Shown here: positions 8,588 to 19,484 of the stretch, piece by piece
Position numbering within the stretch: the stretch's first letter is position 1
How the letters are laid out: every line of letters starts with the position of its first letter
IMG/VR virus record: IMGVR_UViG_3300028048_003152
Coordinates: 4,795-68,794 of that record
Source of the DNA: a virus
Taxonomy: Duplodnaviria; Caudoviricetes
Strand: one strand, 5' to 3'
DNA: 64,000 bases
Position numbers and translations under genes: made by a program
Notes under the pieces: generated by a model
The model's database searches: none
What the model was told of the DNA's origin: nothing
Seen by the model: the letters and a program-made list of their open reading frames with translations, nothing else

Positions 8588-8716
8588 AACCTCCCCTGAT
8601 GTATGTCTGTCACATTACCTGGCTTCCTTGTTTCTCAAGTTACCTCGGGGTTTCGTACATTGCAAGATTCACTTGAATCCAGAAGATGGGGGTTCCCGTT
8701 AAATCAGACACTTGTA

Positions 8717-9139
8717 TCATTCACAAACCCAGCAATCAGGTCGAACTTCTTCTTTGACCAGTCTAAGCCACTTTGCAATATGCTTTTTCCCAGCCAGATA
8801 TTCCGGATCTATACATCCACAATTAATACTCTGGCCTGTCCTCTCATGTTTTCTCCATTCGTCGGCATAATAGCAAAAATCGTCTACAGCCACTTCGTCA
8901 AATCCAGTATATGCAATATTACGGCCCAGATACATTAGACACATCAGGTCATATCGCTTATGTTCAGAGAACTCATTGATAATCATTTTAATAGTTGCGT
9001 ATGGCTCGCCGGGATCTAGTTCCAGTTCCGGATCAAAACGTGAATCTCCCAAATAAATCAAATCATCGATTTCTTCCGGTGTGATCTCAAATCTGTTTAT
9101 TCTGCGTATCGCTTTTTGACGTAATTGGTATTTACCCAT
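8717..9139 (-). CDS. DUF3775-like protein
   Basis: INEFSEHKRYDLMCLMYLGR and EYLAGKKHIAKWL resemble the DUF3775 pattern; lower GC. Confidence 0.55.
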   Translation of the reverse strand: MGKYQLRQKAIRRINRFEITPEEIDDLIYLGDSRFDPELELDPGEPYATIKMIINEFSEHKRYDLMCLMYLGRNIAYTGFDEVAVDDFCYYADEWRKHERTGQSINCGCIDPEYLAGKKHIAKWLRLVKEEVRPDCWVCE

Positions 9140-9205
9140 ATACGTTCCTCCAAAACCATGGCATATCTTCCGGGAAAGTATCGTGAAAGACCTTCACATA
9201 TGCTT

Positions 9206-10267
9206 TTACTTGTAGTATTCCGCGTACCACTCAGCAAAATGTCTGAGACCTTCTCTTATCCCAATCTCAGGTCTGAAGCCATAGTCGCGCTCCAAAGCGG
9301 CGCTGTCAGCGTAGGTCACAGGGACATCGCCGGCCTGCATTCCGACCAGTTCCCGGTGTCCCTCGAAGTCATAATCGGCAGGAAGAACTCCGGCTCTGAC
9401 CAGTTCCTCCTGGAGCGTGCTGATATAGTCCAGAAGGTTCTCCGGCTGACCGCCGCCGATGTTGTACACAGCGTAAGGCGGGATCGGCAGACCGTCCTCT
9501 CCGTTCTTCTTTTCCGGCGCACCCTGCATCACGCGGTAAACACCCTCTACGATATCGTCGATATAGGTGAAGTCCCGGCGCATATCGCCGTAGTTGAAGA
9601 TCTGGATGGTCTTCCCTGCGACCAGTTTCTGTGTGGCGCTGTAGTAGAACATATCCGGACGACCAGCGGGGCCATAGACCGTGAAGAAGCGGAGCCCCGT
9701 GGACGGGATATTGTAGAGCTTGGAATAGGCGTGTGCCAAAAGCTCATCGGATTTTTTTGTGGCCGCATAGAGGCTCACAGGGTTATCCACTTTGTCATCT
9801 GTGCTGAACGGCACCTTCTTGTTTCCGCCGTAAACGGAAGAACTGGATGCATAGACCAGGTGTTCCACCGGGTTATGACGGCAGGCTTCCAGCAGATTGT
9901 AGAAGCCGATGATATTGCTCTCGATATACACATCCGGGTGGTCGATGGAATATCGGACGCCGGCCTGTGCTGCAAGGTTCACCACGATATCGAAGTGGTA
10001 GGTAGCGAACAGGTCATCGACCAGAGCCTTGTCTCCGATGGAACCGCGGATGAACACATGCTTGACTGAAGATTCCTCCGCTGCCTTCTCCACAAGGCCG
10101 AGACGGTATTCCTTCAGAGCCGGATCGTAGTAGTCATTCATATTGTCAAGGCTTACAACTGTGCCGCCGCTCATTTCTTTCAGCAGACGGATCACGAGGT
10201 TGGCCCCGATGAATCCAGGTGAACCGGTCACCAGGATGGTTTTGTTGTCCAAATCTATGTGCTGCAT
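9206..10267 (-). CDS. NAD-dependent epimerase (UDP-glucuronate 4-epimerase-like)
   Basis: GSPGFIG Rossmann motif, NLAAQAGVRYS, YAATK catalytic motif. Confidence 0.93.
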   Translation of the reverse strand: MQHIDLDNKTILVTGSPGFIGANLVIRLLKEMSGGTVVSLDNMNDYYDPALKEYRLGLVEKAAEESSVKHVFIRGSIGDKALVDDLFATYHFDIVVNLAAQAGVRYSIDHPDVYIESNIIGFYNLLEACRHNPVEHLVYASSSSVYGGNKKVPFSTDDKVDNPVSLYAATKKSDELLAHAYSKLYNIPSTGLRFFTVYGPAGRPDMFYYSATQKLVAGKTIQIFNYGDMRRDFTYIDDIVEGVYRVMQGAPEKKNGEDGLPIPPYAVYNIGGGQPENLLDYISTLQEELVRAGVLPADYDFEGHRELVGMQAGDVPVTYADSAALERDYGFRPEIGIREGLRHFAEWYAEYYK

Positions 10268-11491
10268 TTAATCTCTCCTGAACAGGTCACGGGTATAGAC
10301 CTTCTCTTCCACATCGCCGAGCACGTCCTGATCAAAGCGGTTTGCAATGATGACGTCGCTTTCCGCCTTGAATTTATCCAGGTCGTTTACAACCTTGGAA
10401 CGGAAGAACTCGCTGCCATCATCCAGTGTCGGCTCGTATATGATGATCGGGATGCCCTTTGCCTTGATACGCTTCATGACGCCCTGGATTGCAGAGGCGC
10501 GGAAGTTGTCGCTGTTGCTCTTCATGGTCAGACGGTACACGCCGACAGTCTTCGGATTCTTCGCAATGATCTGATCAGCGATGAAGTCCTTACGAACAGT
10601 ATTGCTGTGGACAACCGCTTCAATCATGGTCTGCGGTACATCCTTATAGTTTGCTAACAGCTGCTTAGTATCTTTCGGCAGGCAGTATCCACCATAGCCG
10701 AAGGATGGGTTATTGTAGTGGCCGCCGATACGCGGGTCCATGCAAACACCGTCGATGATCATCTGTGTGTCCAGTCCTTTGGTCTGAGCATAGGTGTCGA
10801 GCTCGTTGAAATAGGAAACACGGACTGCCAGATAGGTATTGGCAAACAGCTTGATTGCCTCAGCCTCGGTCAGATGGGCAAGTAGAACGGGGATGTTCTG
10901 CGGAGCCTGTCCAGCTCTCTGCTCTTCCACTCTTGCACCTTCCAGCAGAAGGTTGGCGAACATCTGCCCCTGCTCCTTCTGGTCATCGTCGCAACCGACA
11001 ACGATGCGGCTCGGATGCAGGTTATCATACAAAGCCTTGGACTCGCGGAGGAACTCCGGGCTGAAGATAATGTTCTTGATACCGTACTTCTCGCGGACGG
11101 ATTCTGTATAGCCAACCGGGATGGTGGACTTGATAACCATGAGGACATTCGGATTGACCTTCAGAGTCCACTCGATGGCGTCCTCAACAGCGGAGGTATC
11201 AAAGAAATGGTTCACATCATCGTAGTTGGTCGGTGTAGCGATGATAACCAGATCAGCGGAACCATAGGCAGCGGCCTTATCCGTTGTCGTGTGGAGGTTG
11301 AGTGTTCTGCTACCTTCCCTGGCTTCCTTGAAGAACCTCTCAATCTCATCATCCTGAATCGGGCTGATGAACTTGTTGAGTTTCTCAGCCTTTGCTTCTG
11401 TAGTGGTAATAGCTGTAACTTCGTGTTTCTGGGAGAGCAGGACGGCAAGGCTCAGTCCAACGTATCCTACTCCTGCAACTGTGATCTTCAT
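10268..11491 (-). CDS. ugd: UDP-glucose 6-dehydrogenase
   Basis: GVGYVG, SPEFLRE, catalytic [10 protein letters not shown]. Confidence 0.95.
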   Translation of the reverse strand: MKITVAGVGYVGLSLAVLLSQKHEVTAITTTEAKAEKLNKFISPIQDDEIERFFKEAREGSRTLNLHTTTDKAAAYGSADLVIIATPTNYDDVNHFFDTSAVEDAIEWTLKVNPNVLMVIKSTIPVGYTESVREKYGIKNIIFSPEFLRESKALYDNLHPSRIVVGCDDDQKEQGQMFANLLLEGARVEEQRAGQAPQNIPVLLAHLTEAEAIKLFANTYLAVRVSYFNELDTYAQTKGLDTQMIIDGVCMDPRIGGHYNNPSFGYGGYCLPKDTKQLLANYKDVPQTMIEAVVHSNTVRKDFIADQIIAKNPKTVGVYRLTMKSNSDNFRASAIQGVMKRIKAKGIPIIIYEPTLDDGSEFFRSKVVNDLDKFKAESDVIIANRFDQDVLGDVEEKVYTRDLFRRD

Positions 11492-11514
11492 GTACTATAT
11501 TCTCCTCTTCTCTT

Positions 11515-13008
11515 TTAATCGCGCCTGAACAGGTCACGGGTATATACTTTTTCTTCCACATCATCGAGCGCCGGGTCATAGCGGTTGGCGATGATGCATC
11601 CACACATCTTCTTAAACTTCTTCAGATCGTTGATCACAACGGAACCGAAGAAGGTGCTTCCATCTTCCAGCGTCGGCTCGTAGATCACCACGGTCGCGCC
11701 CTTGGCCTTGATCCGCTTCATGACTCCCTGGATGGAGGACTGACGGAAGTTATCGGAATTGGACTTCATGGTCAGGCGGTACACACCGACAACGACTTCC
11801 TTCTGTTCCTTCTCCCTCGCCGCCGAGTAGGATTCGCTGTTGCCGTAGGTTCCGGCGATCTCCAACACACGATCCGCAATAAAGTCCTTACGGGTACGGT
11901 TCGATTCCACGATAGCTTCGATCAGATTCTCCGGCACATCCCGGTAATTTGCCAATAACTGCTTCGTATCCTTCGGCAAACAGTATCCGCCATATCCGAA
12001 GGACGGATTGTTGTAATAGTCGCCCACACGGGGATCTAGGCACACGCCCTGGATGATCGGCGCGGTCTTCAGATGCTTCACCTCGGCATAGGTATCCAGC
12101 TCATTGAAGTAGCTGACGCGGAGTGCGAGGTAGGTGTTCACAAACAGCTTGGTCGCCTCCGCTTCCGTGGTTTCCATGAACAGCACCGGGACGGATGTCT
12201 TGATGGCTCCCTGCTGCAGGAGAGCCGCAAACTCCTCCGCCGCTTTCATGTTCGCCTCGTCACTTCCAACAATGATCCGGCTCGGATACAGGTTATCGTA
12301 AAGAGCCTTGGATTCCCGCAGGAACTCCGGGCTGAAGATGATATTGTCCATCCCAATTTTCTCGCGGACGTGGACGGTGTATCCAACCGGGATCGTGGAC
12401 TTGATCACGATGGTCGGCTTGACCTCCCGGTCAGCAGTTGCTTCTTTAATCAGCCCCAGCACTGCCTCGACCGCAGAGCAATCAAAGAAGTTGGTTTTCA
12501 CATCGTAGTTGGTCGGAGCCGCGATAATGATGAAGTCTGCTGTAGAATAAGCTGCCGCCGCATCTGTGGTAGCCGTAAGACTCAGTCCCCGCTCCTCATG
12601 CTCCGTCATGTACTTCTCAATATATTCATCCTGGATCGGACTCTTCCAGGCGTTGATTTTGTTTACCTTGGCTTCCACGATGTCCACAGCGGTCACGTCA
12701 TTGTGCTGGGACAGCAGAACTGCAAGGGAAAGGCCGACGTAGCCTGTTCCGGCCACAGCAATCTTTTTCCGCTCGACAGGCTTGATTTCTGCTTCATCAT
12801 CCACAATGACATCGGCCGGCTGGAAACCAAGAACAGCACAGAGGCTAAGAAGCTGGTCTACAGACGGGCTATAGTCCTGCGCTTCAAGTCGTGACAGAAT
12901 GGAACGGTTTATATTCGCCTTCTGGGAAAGCGCGGTCTGGGATAGTTTCAGTACCTTCCTCCGGCTGACCACGATATCCGAGAGGAGTTTTAGTGATAAA
13001 TGCTTCAT
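11515..13008 (-). CDS. ugd: XRE-HTH fused UDP-glucose 6-dehydrogenase
   Basis: N-terminal [30 protein letters not shown]; then [22 protein letters not shown]. Confidence 0.92.
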   Translation of the reverse strand: MKHLSLKLLSDIVVSRRKVLKLSQTALSQKANINRSILSRLEAQDYSPSVDQLLSLCAVLGFQPADVIVDDEAEIKPVERKKIAVAGTGYVGLSLAVLLSQHNDVTAVDIVEAKVNKINAWKSPIQDEYIEKYMTEHEERGLSLTATTDAAAAYSTADFIIIAAPTNYDVKTNFFDCSAVEAVLGLIKEATADREVKPTIVIKSTIPVGYTVHVREKIGMDNIIFSPEFLRESKALYDNLYPSRIIVGSDEANMKAAEEFAALLQQGAIKTSVPVLFMETTEAEATKLFVNTYLALRVSYFNELDTYAEVKHLKTAPIIQGVCLDPRVGDYYNNPSFGYGGYCLPKDTKQLLANYRDVPENLIEAIVESNRTRKDFIADRVLEIAGTYGNSESYSAAREKEQKEVVVGVYRLTMKSNSDNFRQSSIQGVMKRIKAKGATVVIYEPTLEDGSTFFGSVVINDLKKFKKMCGCIIANRYDPALDDVEEKVYTRDLFRRD

Positions 13009-13021
13009 GTTTGATTTCTCC

Positions 13022-13201
13022 TGTTGCTATTAGCGTCAATAAGTTTTCGTCAGCAACATGAATATAATAACAGGAGAACATGAGAAAAGCAAGAGAATGT
13101 TGTTAGATTAGCGATTAAATGTGGGTTATTTACGCTCTGAAATGACATTTTTGACGCTGTTAGCGTCATTGTTGCAAAAGAAGCTGGTGTTAATAGCAAC
13201 A
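13022..13201 (-). promoter_or_regulatory. sigmaA promoter of ugd operon with repeated operator-like sites
   Basis: TTGCTT (13087..13092)-17 bp-TATTAT (13064..13069) with TG; TTAGCG(T/A) at 13030, 13108, 13160; palindrome TGACGCT-GTT-AGCGTCA 13152..13168. Confidence 0.7.
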
Positions 13202-13252
13202 AAAAGCCCACTAAGCCGTTTCCGAAGAGTCTCGGTAGTTGCTTAGTGGGCT
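13201..13252 (-). terminator. Terminator of recombinase cassette
   Basis: 12-bp perfect stem AGCCCACTAAGC/GCTTAGTGGGCT followed by U-tract on the minus strand. Confidence 0.75.
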
Positions 13253-13265
13253 GTCTGATATCTGC

Positions 13266-14471
13266 TCATGATGCCTTTGCCATCTTCACGATCTCCACGC
13301 CGTCCTCTGAAACCAGCACCCGCTCGATCTCGGTAAGCTTCTCCTCCGCTACCTGCTCCCATCCCATCTGGACACAGATGGCTGCAATCAGGTCGGTCTC
13401 GCGGATCGTGCGGCAGGTGCAACCGTTCCCCTTCCTGCCCTTATGCCGCTCCCGGCAGGTCCATGCCTTGTAGCTTGACCCGTCGTAGGCTTTCAGTGTC
13501 CTTCTGGTCATCGGCGCTCCGCACTCGTCGCAGAAGATCAGGCCATATAGAAAGTGCGGTTGACCTCCTCTGTGACCGACCGCACTCTCGATTTCCTTTT
13601 TCTGTTTTATCTTCTCCTGTACAGCATCCCACATGACCGGTTCCACGATAGCCTCATGATCCCCTTCCAGGTAGTAGCTCTCGTAGTGTGCCCGCTTGTC
13701 CGGCTTCTTCGTCAGAAAGTCTTTCGGCGGCTGCTTCTGCAGGAGCTTATCGCCCCGGTAAGTTTCATTTTTCAAAATGTAGAGGATGTCGTTGTGAGAG
13801 ATCAGCGTTCCCTTCCTCGTCCGAACACCGTAGTCCGCAAGGAGCCTGCGGATGGCTTCGATGTTCTTCCCTTCCAGATACATGGTGTAGATCAGGCGGA
13901 CGGCATCCGCATCCTGATTCGGCACCAGCTTCCCATCCACGGAATCGTAGCCGAGAATGCGGTTGTTGCCAAGGTTATACTCACCGCGCTTGAACCGCTC
14001 TCTGTAAGCCCAGCGGACGTTTTCGGAAATGGAGCGGCTCTCGTCCTGCGCTATGGCCGACAGAAAGGAAAGCATCATAGAGCAGGACGGGCTTGCAGTG
14101 TCCAGGTTCTCCTTCTCGAATCTGACGTCCACACCGTTACCGTGGAGCAGCTTCACGTACTTTTGGCAATCGACGATGTTCCGGGAGAAGCGGCTGATAC
14201 TTTTACAGAGGATGTAGTCCACCTTGCCGTCCAAAGCATCCCGGATGAGCTTTTGAAAACCGGCCCTGTTCTCGGCTTTCGTTCCGGATTTCTCATCGGA
14301 ATAGATCCCGGCAAACTCCCACTCATCGTTGGCCTCGATGAAAGCCTTGTAGTAGCTGACCTGCGTTTCAAAGCTGTCCTCCTGCTCTTCCAGCAGGGTG
14401 GACACACGGCAGTAAGCCGCGACCCGTTTCTTGTGCAGATCTCTCTTCCTTGGTATCCTTGTGAATTTCAT
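13266..14471 (-). CDS. Large serine recombinase (cassette gene C)
   Basis: RVAAYCRVST, KSISRFSRN, zinc ribbon CDECG...CTC. Confidence 0.93.
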   Translation of the reverse strand: MKFTRIPRKRDLHKKRVAAYCRVSTLLEEQEDSFETQVSYYKAFIEANDEWEFAGIYSDEKSGTKAENRAGFQKLIRDALDGKVDYILCKSISRFSRNIVDCQKYVKLLHGNGVDVRFEKENLDTASPSCSMMLSFLSAIAQDESRSISENVRWAYRERFKRGEYNLGNNRILGYDSVDGKLVPNQDADAVRLIYTMYLEGKNIEAIRRLLADYGVRTRKGTLISHNDILYILKNETYRGDKLLQKQPPKDFLTKKPDKRAHYESYYLEGDHEAIVEPVMWDAVQEKIKQKKEIESAVGHRGGQPHFLYGLIFCDECGAPMTRRTLKAYDGSSYKAWTCRERHKGRKGNGCTCRTIRETDLIAAICVQMGWEQVAEEKLTEIERVLVSEDGVEIVKMAKAS

Positions 14472-15979
14472 GCCGTCTCAACCTCCTCCGTCTCTTTTTC
14501 TGCTTCCTTCTGGCGCTCAAGGTAACTGTTGTACAGGCCCGCGATCATAGGCGGATGCTCCCGGTCGGCATCCACACCGGACATGACCGTGGTGATCAGG
14601 CCGCATTTCCAGAACACCTTCATGGTGCGGTCATCGGTGACGTTCTCGCCAAGGGCCGCAAGCCTGCGGTACTCCCTCTCCGTCCTGCTGTGCGCACCGA
14701 ATTCAATGTGGTCGATCAGGTCATCCACCCACCAGAAGTCCACACGCTTCATGACCGGGTATTCCTTCTTAACCTCCAGCGCCAGCTTTGCGGCATCACC
14801 AAACCGCGGGCTTTTTACCTTCTCCGCGATCTTGTTCGCGTCCAGCTTCTTATAGGCTTCCAGAAGCGCCGGTTCCACCAGATAGGACCGGATAATGAAA
14901 CCGTGGCATGCGTCCTCGCCCTGTTCACAGCACCAGCCGGCGCTGTGCTTTACCTGGACCGGCATGGCTCTCTGGTAAAGGACGGAACCGCAGTAAGGGC
15001 AGCGGAGCTTGTCGCCGAGCGGGTACTGATTGCAGGGTCCGGTGTCATGTTCCTTCCTGTGACCGTTCACCCTGCGCATCCCCATGATCTTCATGCAGCG
15101 GTCATACTGCTTTCTCGGTACAATGGGGAGATGGTGGTTCTCGATGTAGAAGCTCGGGACCTCGGTGCTATCGTTCCTGATAGACTTATGGCTCAAATGG
15201 TCTTCCGTCAGGAACTTCTGGAGAATGATGTCTCCGGTATAGCGTTCATTGATCAGCAGGGTGTGGATCGCGGAATTCGTCCATTTCGGCTCCCCGGTCG
15301 GGCTTTTGATGCCATGTGCCGTCAGGTACTTGCGGATGTTCTGGATGCTCTCGCCGTGCTCGTAGAGATCGTAGATCTTCTGCACCACCGCCGCCTGTTC
15401 CGGTACGATCTGGTATTCCCCGTTTGCCGTCTTCTCATAGCCGTAAAGCCTGCTCCATCTGGTAACGCCGTCTTCAAACCGCTTCCGTATTCCCCAGGAG
15501 GTGTTTTCGGAAATCGACCTGCTCTCCTCCTGCGCAAAGGCCGCAAGGACAGTCAGAAGCATCTCCGAAAATGCCGTGCGCGTATCGATGTTGTTGCTCT
15601 CAAACACGATGTGGACACCCAGGTTGTTGAGGTGTCTCACAAAAGTCAGGCACTCTAAGGTGTTTCTGGCAAAGCGACTGATCGACTTTGTTAAGATGAG
15701 GTCGATCTTTCCTTCCTCACACACCCTCATCATCGCCTGGAACTGCGGCCGTTTGGCTGCGCTCGTTCCCGTGATGCCCTCGTCGGCGAAGATGCCTGCC
15801 ATTTCCCATTCCGGATTACCTTCGATCAGTTCCGTATAGTGCTTGACCTGTCCCTCGAAGCTGGTCCTCTGGTCTTCTGTATCGGTGGAAACCCGGCAGT
15901 AGGCAGCCACACGGAGCTTGCCGGTCTGTTCCCTGACCGTTTTTCTGATCGGTTCAAGTTTGATCTTCTGAACTTCCAT
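14468..15979 (-). CDS. Large serine recombinase (cassette gene B)
   Basis: RVAAYCRVST, KSISRFARN, CPYCG zinc ribbon. Confidence 0.93.
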   Translation of the reverse strand: MEVQKIKLEPIRKTVREQTGKLRVAAYCRVSTDTEDQRTSFEGQVKHYTELIEGNPEWEMAGIFADEGITGTSAAKRPQFQAMMRVCEEGKIDLILTKSISRFARNTLECLTFVRHLNNLGVHIVFESNNIDTRTAFSEMLLTVLAAFAQEESRSISENTSWGIRKRFEDGVTRWSRLYGYEKTANGEYQIVPEQAAVVQKIYDLYEHGESIQNIRKYLTAHGIKSPTGEPKWTNSAIHTLLINERYTGDIILQKFLTEDHLSHKSIRNDSTEVPSFYIENHHLPIVPRKQYDRCMKIMGMRRVNGHRKEHDTGPCNQYPLGDKLRCPYCGSVLYQRAMPVQVKHSAGWCCEQGEDACHGFIIRSYLVEPALLEAYKKLDANKIAEKVKSPRFGDAAKLALEVKKEYPVMKRVDFWWVDDLIDHIEFGAHSRTEREYRRLAALGENVTDDRTMKVFWKCGLITTVMSGVDADREHPPMIAGLYNSYLERQKEAEKETEEVETA

Positions 15980-16192
15980 ATGCTGTTCTCCTTTCTGCGC
16001 CGCTGTAAGTTATCCCCCGGCGCTGTCCTATATTCCCGTAAAAGCTCGTGCATAGCAAGTCAATTGTGCGTAAAACAGACGCTTTCGGGCCGTATAAATC
16101 GTAGAATAATCCGGCCTGTTTCAATCGGATATCTGGTAGGTGTAGACAAAGAAAGGCCCCCTGAGCGCTTATCTCAGAGAGCCTGATGAACT

Positions 16193-17350
16193 TCATTCTT
16201 CGCCTTGCTTTTTCCTCACTTCCTCCGCCAGTTCCGGATACCTGTCCGGGTAGCGCAGGAGGTAGCCGTCCCACAAGATGGCCTTGTGCCTCGGATCATG
16301 GGAATCCCTGGTCACCCCGGAGGGTATGGTCGTTTTCAGGCCGCACCGCCACTTGATCGTGATCGTCCGGTCGTCCAGGATGCGCCTCTGGCCTTCCTCC
16401 AGCAGGTTCAGGTCGGAAGCCGTGTAGCTGTGCTGCCCAAACTCGATCTTAGCCACATACTCGTCCAGCCACCAGTATTCGATGGAATCAAAGGTTGGAT
16501 GCTCCGCTTTCGCCACAAGAAGTTTCTCTGCCTCTTTTGCCCATTTGCGATATTTTGATGTCAGCAGCTTATCCACCGCTGTCAGGTCAAGATTGTTCCA
16601 GGCATCCAGCACCATCTTCCTGACCGGAACCGACATGATCACAAAGCCCCTGCAGGCTCCTTCCCCCTCACAGAGGAAGTGGCTGTCGCAGTTCTGGATC
16701 GGGAGCCGTCTGTGCCGCAGGACATGACCGCAGTAAGGGCAGCGCAGGTAGTCTCCGAAGGGATAAGTGGATGGCGTGGACTTCTTCTTCAGTTCCAGGA
16801 TAACGTTGCACCGCTCGAACTGTTTTCTGGACACGATAGGCTCGTGATGGTCCTTCAGCATTTTGCCGGGAAGCAGTCCGTCATTCCGGTAGCAGCGGTA
16901 TTCCAGATAGCTCTTCTTGTAGAACTTCTGCGTCCGCAAATCGCCGGCATATTTTTCATTCATGATCATGTAATGAATGCGGGATTCATCCCACACCTTT
17001 TTCTCCCCGTTTGGCATCGGGTACCCTTTTTCCTTCAGTGTCCGGGTGATCTCTGGCACGGAGGTCCCATGCTCGTAAAGGTCAAAGATGAGCTTCACTA
17101 CCTCCGCTTCCTCGGGCACGATCTCGTAACTCTCGGTCTCCTCATTCTTCCGATAGCCGTATACCGGGATCAGAAGGGCATGACCTTTCTGCAGCCGTTT
17201 CCGTTTGCCCCATTTGACGTTTTCCGAATGGGAGTGGCTTTCCTCCTGCGCAAAGGCGGCAAGCACGGTCAGCAGCATTTCCGAATACTCATTGTCGGTG
17301 TCGATGCCTTCCTTCTCAAAGATCAGGCGGATACCAAGTTCACGTAACCA
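16193..17350 (-). pseudogene. 5'-deleted large serine recombinase (cassette gene A)
   Basis: Frame begins mid-domain (WLRELGIRLIFEKEGIDTDNEYSEMLLTVLAAFAQEES) right after the tail gene stop; catalytic-Ser region absent. Confidence 0.85.
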
Positions 17351-19117
17351 TTACGTTTCTCCTTCCGCGTTTTCCGTTATGCCGCCAAGCATCGCCATCA
17401 ATTCAAGATGCACCGGCTCGTTTACCGTAAATGCTCCGCTTGTGCCGGGGTTAACCAAAGCCTGCGTATCGATCCTTCCGATCATCTCCGCAAGTTCGCC
17501 GTGGATGACTTCTTCCACTTCGATCTCGCCCATGAAGCCTTCCTCAAGCTGACGTACACGGTTTTCCAGTGAAGCAAGCTGACGCATGAGTATGGTCAGG
17601 TCGGATTCCTCCGAGACCTCGCATTTCAGGGCGATCCTTACCTCGTGGACACCCTCATCCCCGCGCTGTATCTCAAACGGCGTGGAAACAGTGAGCGTCG
17701 TATTCCCGGCCATCCGCCAGTCCCGGCAGGAATAAATCAGCCTGTCATCCAGATACACATTGGCCGTCACGACAGAAGGCTCGTCCAGCGTGTAGGTTCC
17801 CGTCCAGATGATCTCTCCCCTCGACTTATCCGTCTGGATCTCAAACTGTGTGGCTGTGACCACGGCTTCTTCCGTGACCGCCATATCCGCCGCGCTGTAG
17901 GCATCCGACATCCAGAAGGTGGATGTGCCCTCGATGCCCTCGTTCTGGGCAAGCAGTCCTTCGATATCCTTGGTGTAGCGGCTCTTTGCCTGATTGAGTC
18001 TCGGGTTTTCTCCCACGCATTTGATGTGGCTCTTCCCATTGATGCGGTAAACGATCTCTGTGATGCAGGCGATCTCGCCCGTTGCCTGTCCTCCGGAGAG
18101 GCTTAGGACATCCATCGGATCAAGGGACGGATCACCCGGAATATCCGCCTCAAACGGCGTATAGGTGGTCGCTGCAAGGTTATTGATGATAGCCTGGAGG
18201 ACTCTGCTCCGCTCTGCTGTTGCAGCAATCTGGGTAAACGGATTTGTGCCGATGTTATAGATCAGCCCATCGTCCGGCTCCACGTTATAGTATTCCGTCA
18301 GCCCTCCGGCCCGGTAGGTGGCATAGAGGCCTGTATATTTCGTGATGTAGTCCGCGATCTTAGACGAATACCGCCACGATGCAGGGATATCCATCACTGG
18401 TGTGTTGGTAAACGGGATCACGGTAAGCGCGCCGGACCGGTCGATCTGGCACACACCGCAGAGCACGGTCGCCACATGCGCGATCAGGTCACGCCAGGTC
18501 TTATCCTCGTCCAGGTTGGTCCAGGACAGGTTCCTTGTTCCGTTCGGCATGGCGGCCACAGCTTCCTCTGTCACGCCAAGCGGCACACTGCAGGCTTCGC
18601 AGGCATATTTCAGCCACTCATAAGGCGTCCGCACCGTCCCGCTGTTTTTCATGTTCTTATCGAACTTCAGCATGTAGTCGTAGGCTTTCAGTTGCAGAAC
18701 AGTCAGCGTCCTGGTTGCCTCAGAGACTACGAACTTCCCCATGGGGATCGTCTCCGACTCGCCCCTGTCATTCCACCTTTTTGTTCGCATCGCGCCCCAG
18801 GTAAACGGGCGCAGATCGCTCCATACCCGCTTCACACTGTGGCGGCATACAAAGGACAGGTCGATCACCGCGTCGTACATGCTGTAGCGGTCTACGTCCA
18901 GGAACAGCGAAATATCCAGCTCCGCCGCATAAACGGAGCCAAGCTCCAGGGACGTGCTGCCCGCGCAGGAGCGGGTAAGCGTCCCGCTCCCCTTTACGAT
19001 GTCTTTTGTCGTGAAGTGGTAGACCTTTCCGTTGGTGGTCGTGATCGTACCCTGCCACTCGAATTTCCTTGTCTGTCTGCGGATGGCCCTCTTATACTCT
19101 TGTGATACCTCATACAT
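17351..19117 (-). CDS. Phage tail/baseplate protein
   Basis: Second gene after the tape measure gene; 588 aa. Confidence 0.7.
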   Translation of the reverse strand: MYEVSQEYKRAIRRQTRKFEWQGTITTTNGKVYHFTTKDIVKGSGTLTRSCAGSTSLELGSVYAAELDISLFLDVDRYSMYDAVIDLSFVCRHSVKRVWSDLRPFTWGAMRTKRWNDRGESETIPMGKFVVSEATRTLTVLQLKAYDYMLKFDKNMKNSGTVRTPYEWLKYACEACSVPLGVTEEAVAAMPNGTRNLSWTNLDEDKTWRDLIAHVATVLCGVCQIDRSGALTVIPFTNTPVMDIPASWRYSSKIADYITKYTGLYATYRAGGLTEYYNVEPDDGLIYNIGTNPFTQIAATAERSRVLQAIINNLAATTYTPFEADIPGDPSLDPMDVLSLSGGQATGEIACITEIVYRINGKSHIKCVGENPRLNQAKSRYTKDIEGLLAQNEGIEGTSTFWMSDAYSAADMAVTEEAVVTATQFEIQTDKSRGEIIWTGTYTLDEPSVVTANVYLDDRLIYSCRDWRMAGNTTLTVSTPFEIQRGDEGVHEVRIALKCEVSEESDLTILMRQLASLENRVRQLEEGFMGEIEVEEVIHGELAEMIGRIDTQALVNPGTSGAFTVNEPVHLELMAMLGGITENAEGET

Positions 19118-19484
19118 CGTTCAAGTCCTCCAGAGAAAAAGAGACCGTCCACAGGCTGCCGCCGCTCGTATCATGCTCCAGGGAGACCTTGAAACCGTCA
19201 ATATACATGGTCCCGGAAGACAGCTCCCCCGTTTCCGGATCGAGCCACTCCACGTTCACATACGGCTCCTTCTTCATCTTCCTGAGCCGCTTAAGCCAAG
19301 CGGCAGACACGGGCAGCGATACGGAGATGGACGGGACGCCCTCCCGGATCACATCACGGATGGTCGTTCCCGCCTCCGTTACCCCGCCGCTGTCCGCTAC
19401 CACATCGCTGTAGTCGATGGAATAATCATCCTTCTGGACCGGGAGGGCAAAGCCGTTGATCTTTAGATAGGTTTGAAATGTCAT
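19110..19484 (-). CDS. Distal-tail-like protein
   Basis: Coupled directly after tape measure; LKING..., WTVSFSL. Confidence 0.6.
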   Translation of the reverse strand: MTFQTYLKINGFALPVQKDDYSIDYSDVVADSGGVTEAGTTIRDVIREGVPSISVSLPVSAAWLKRLRKMKKEPYVNVEWLDPETGELSSGTMYIDGFKVSLEHDTSGGSLWTVSFSLEDLNDV

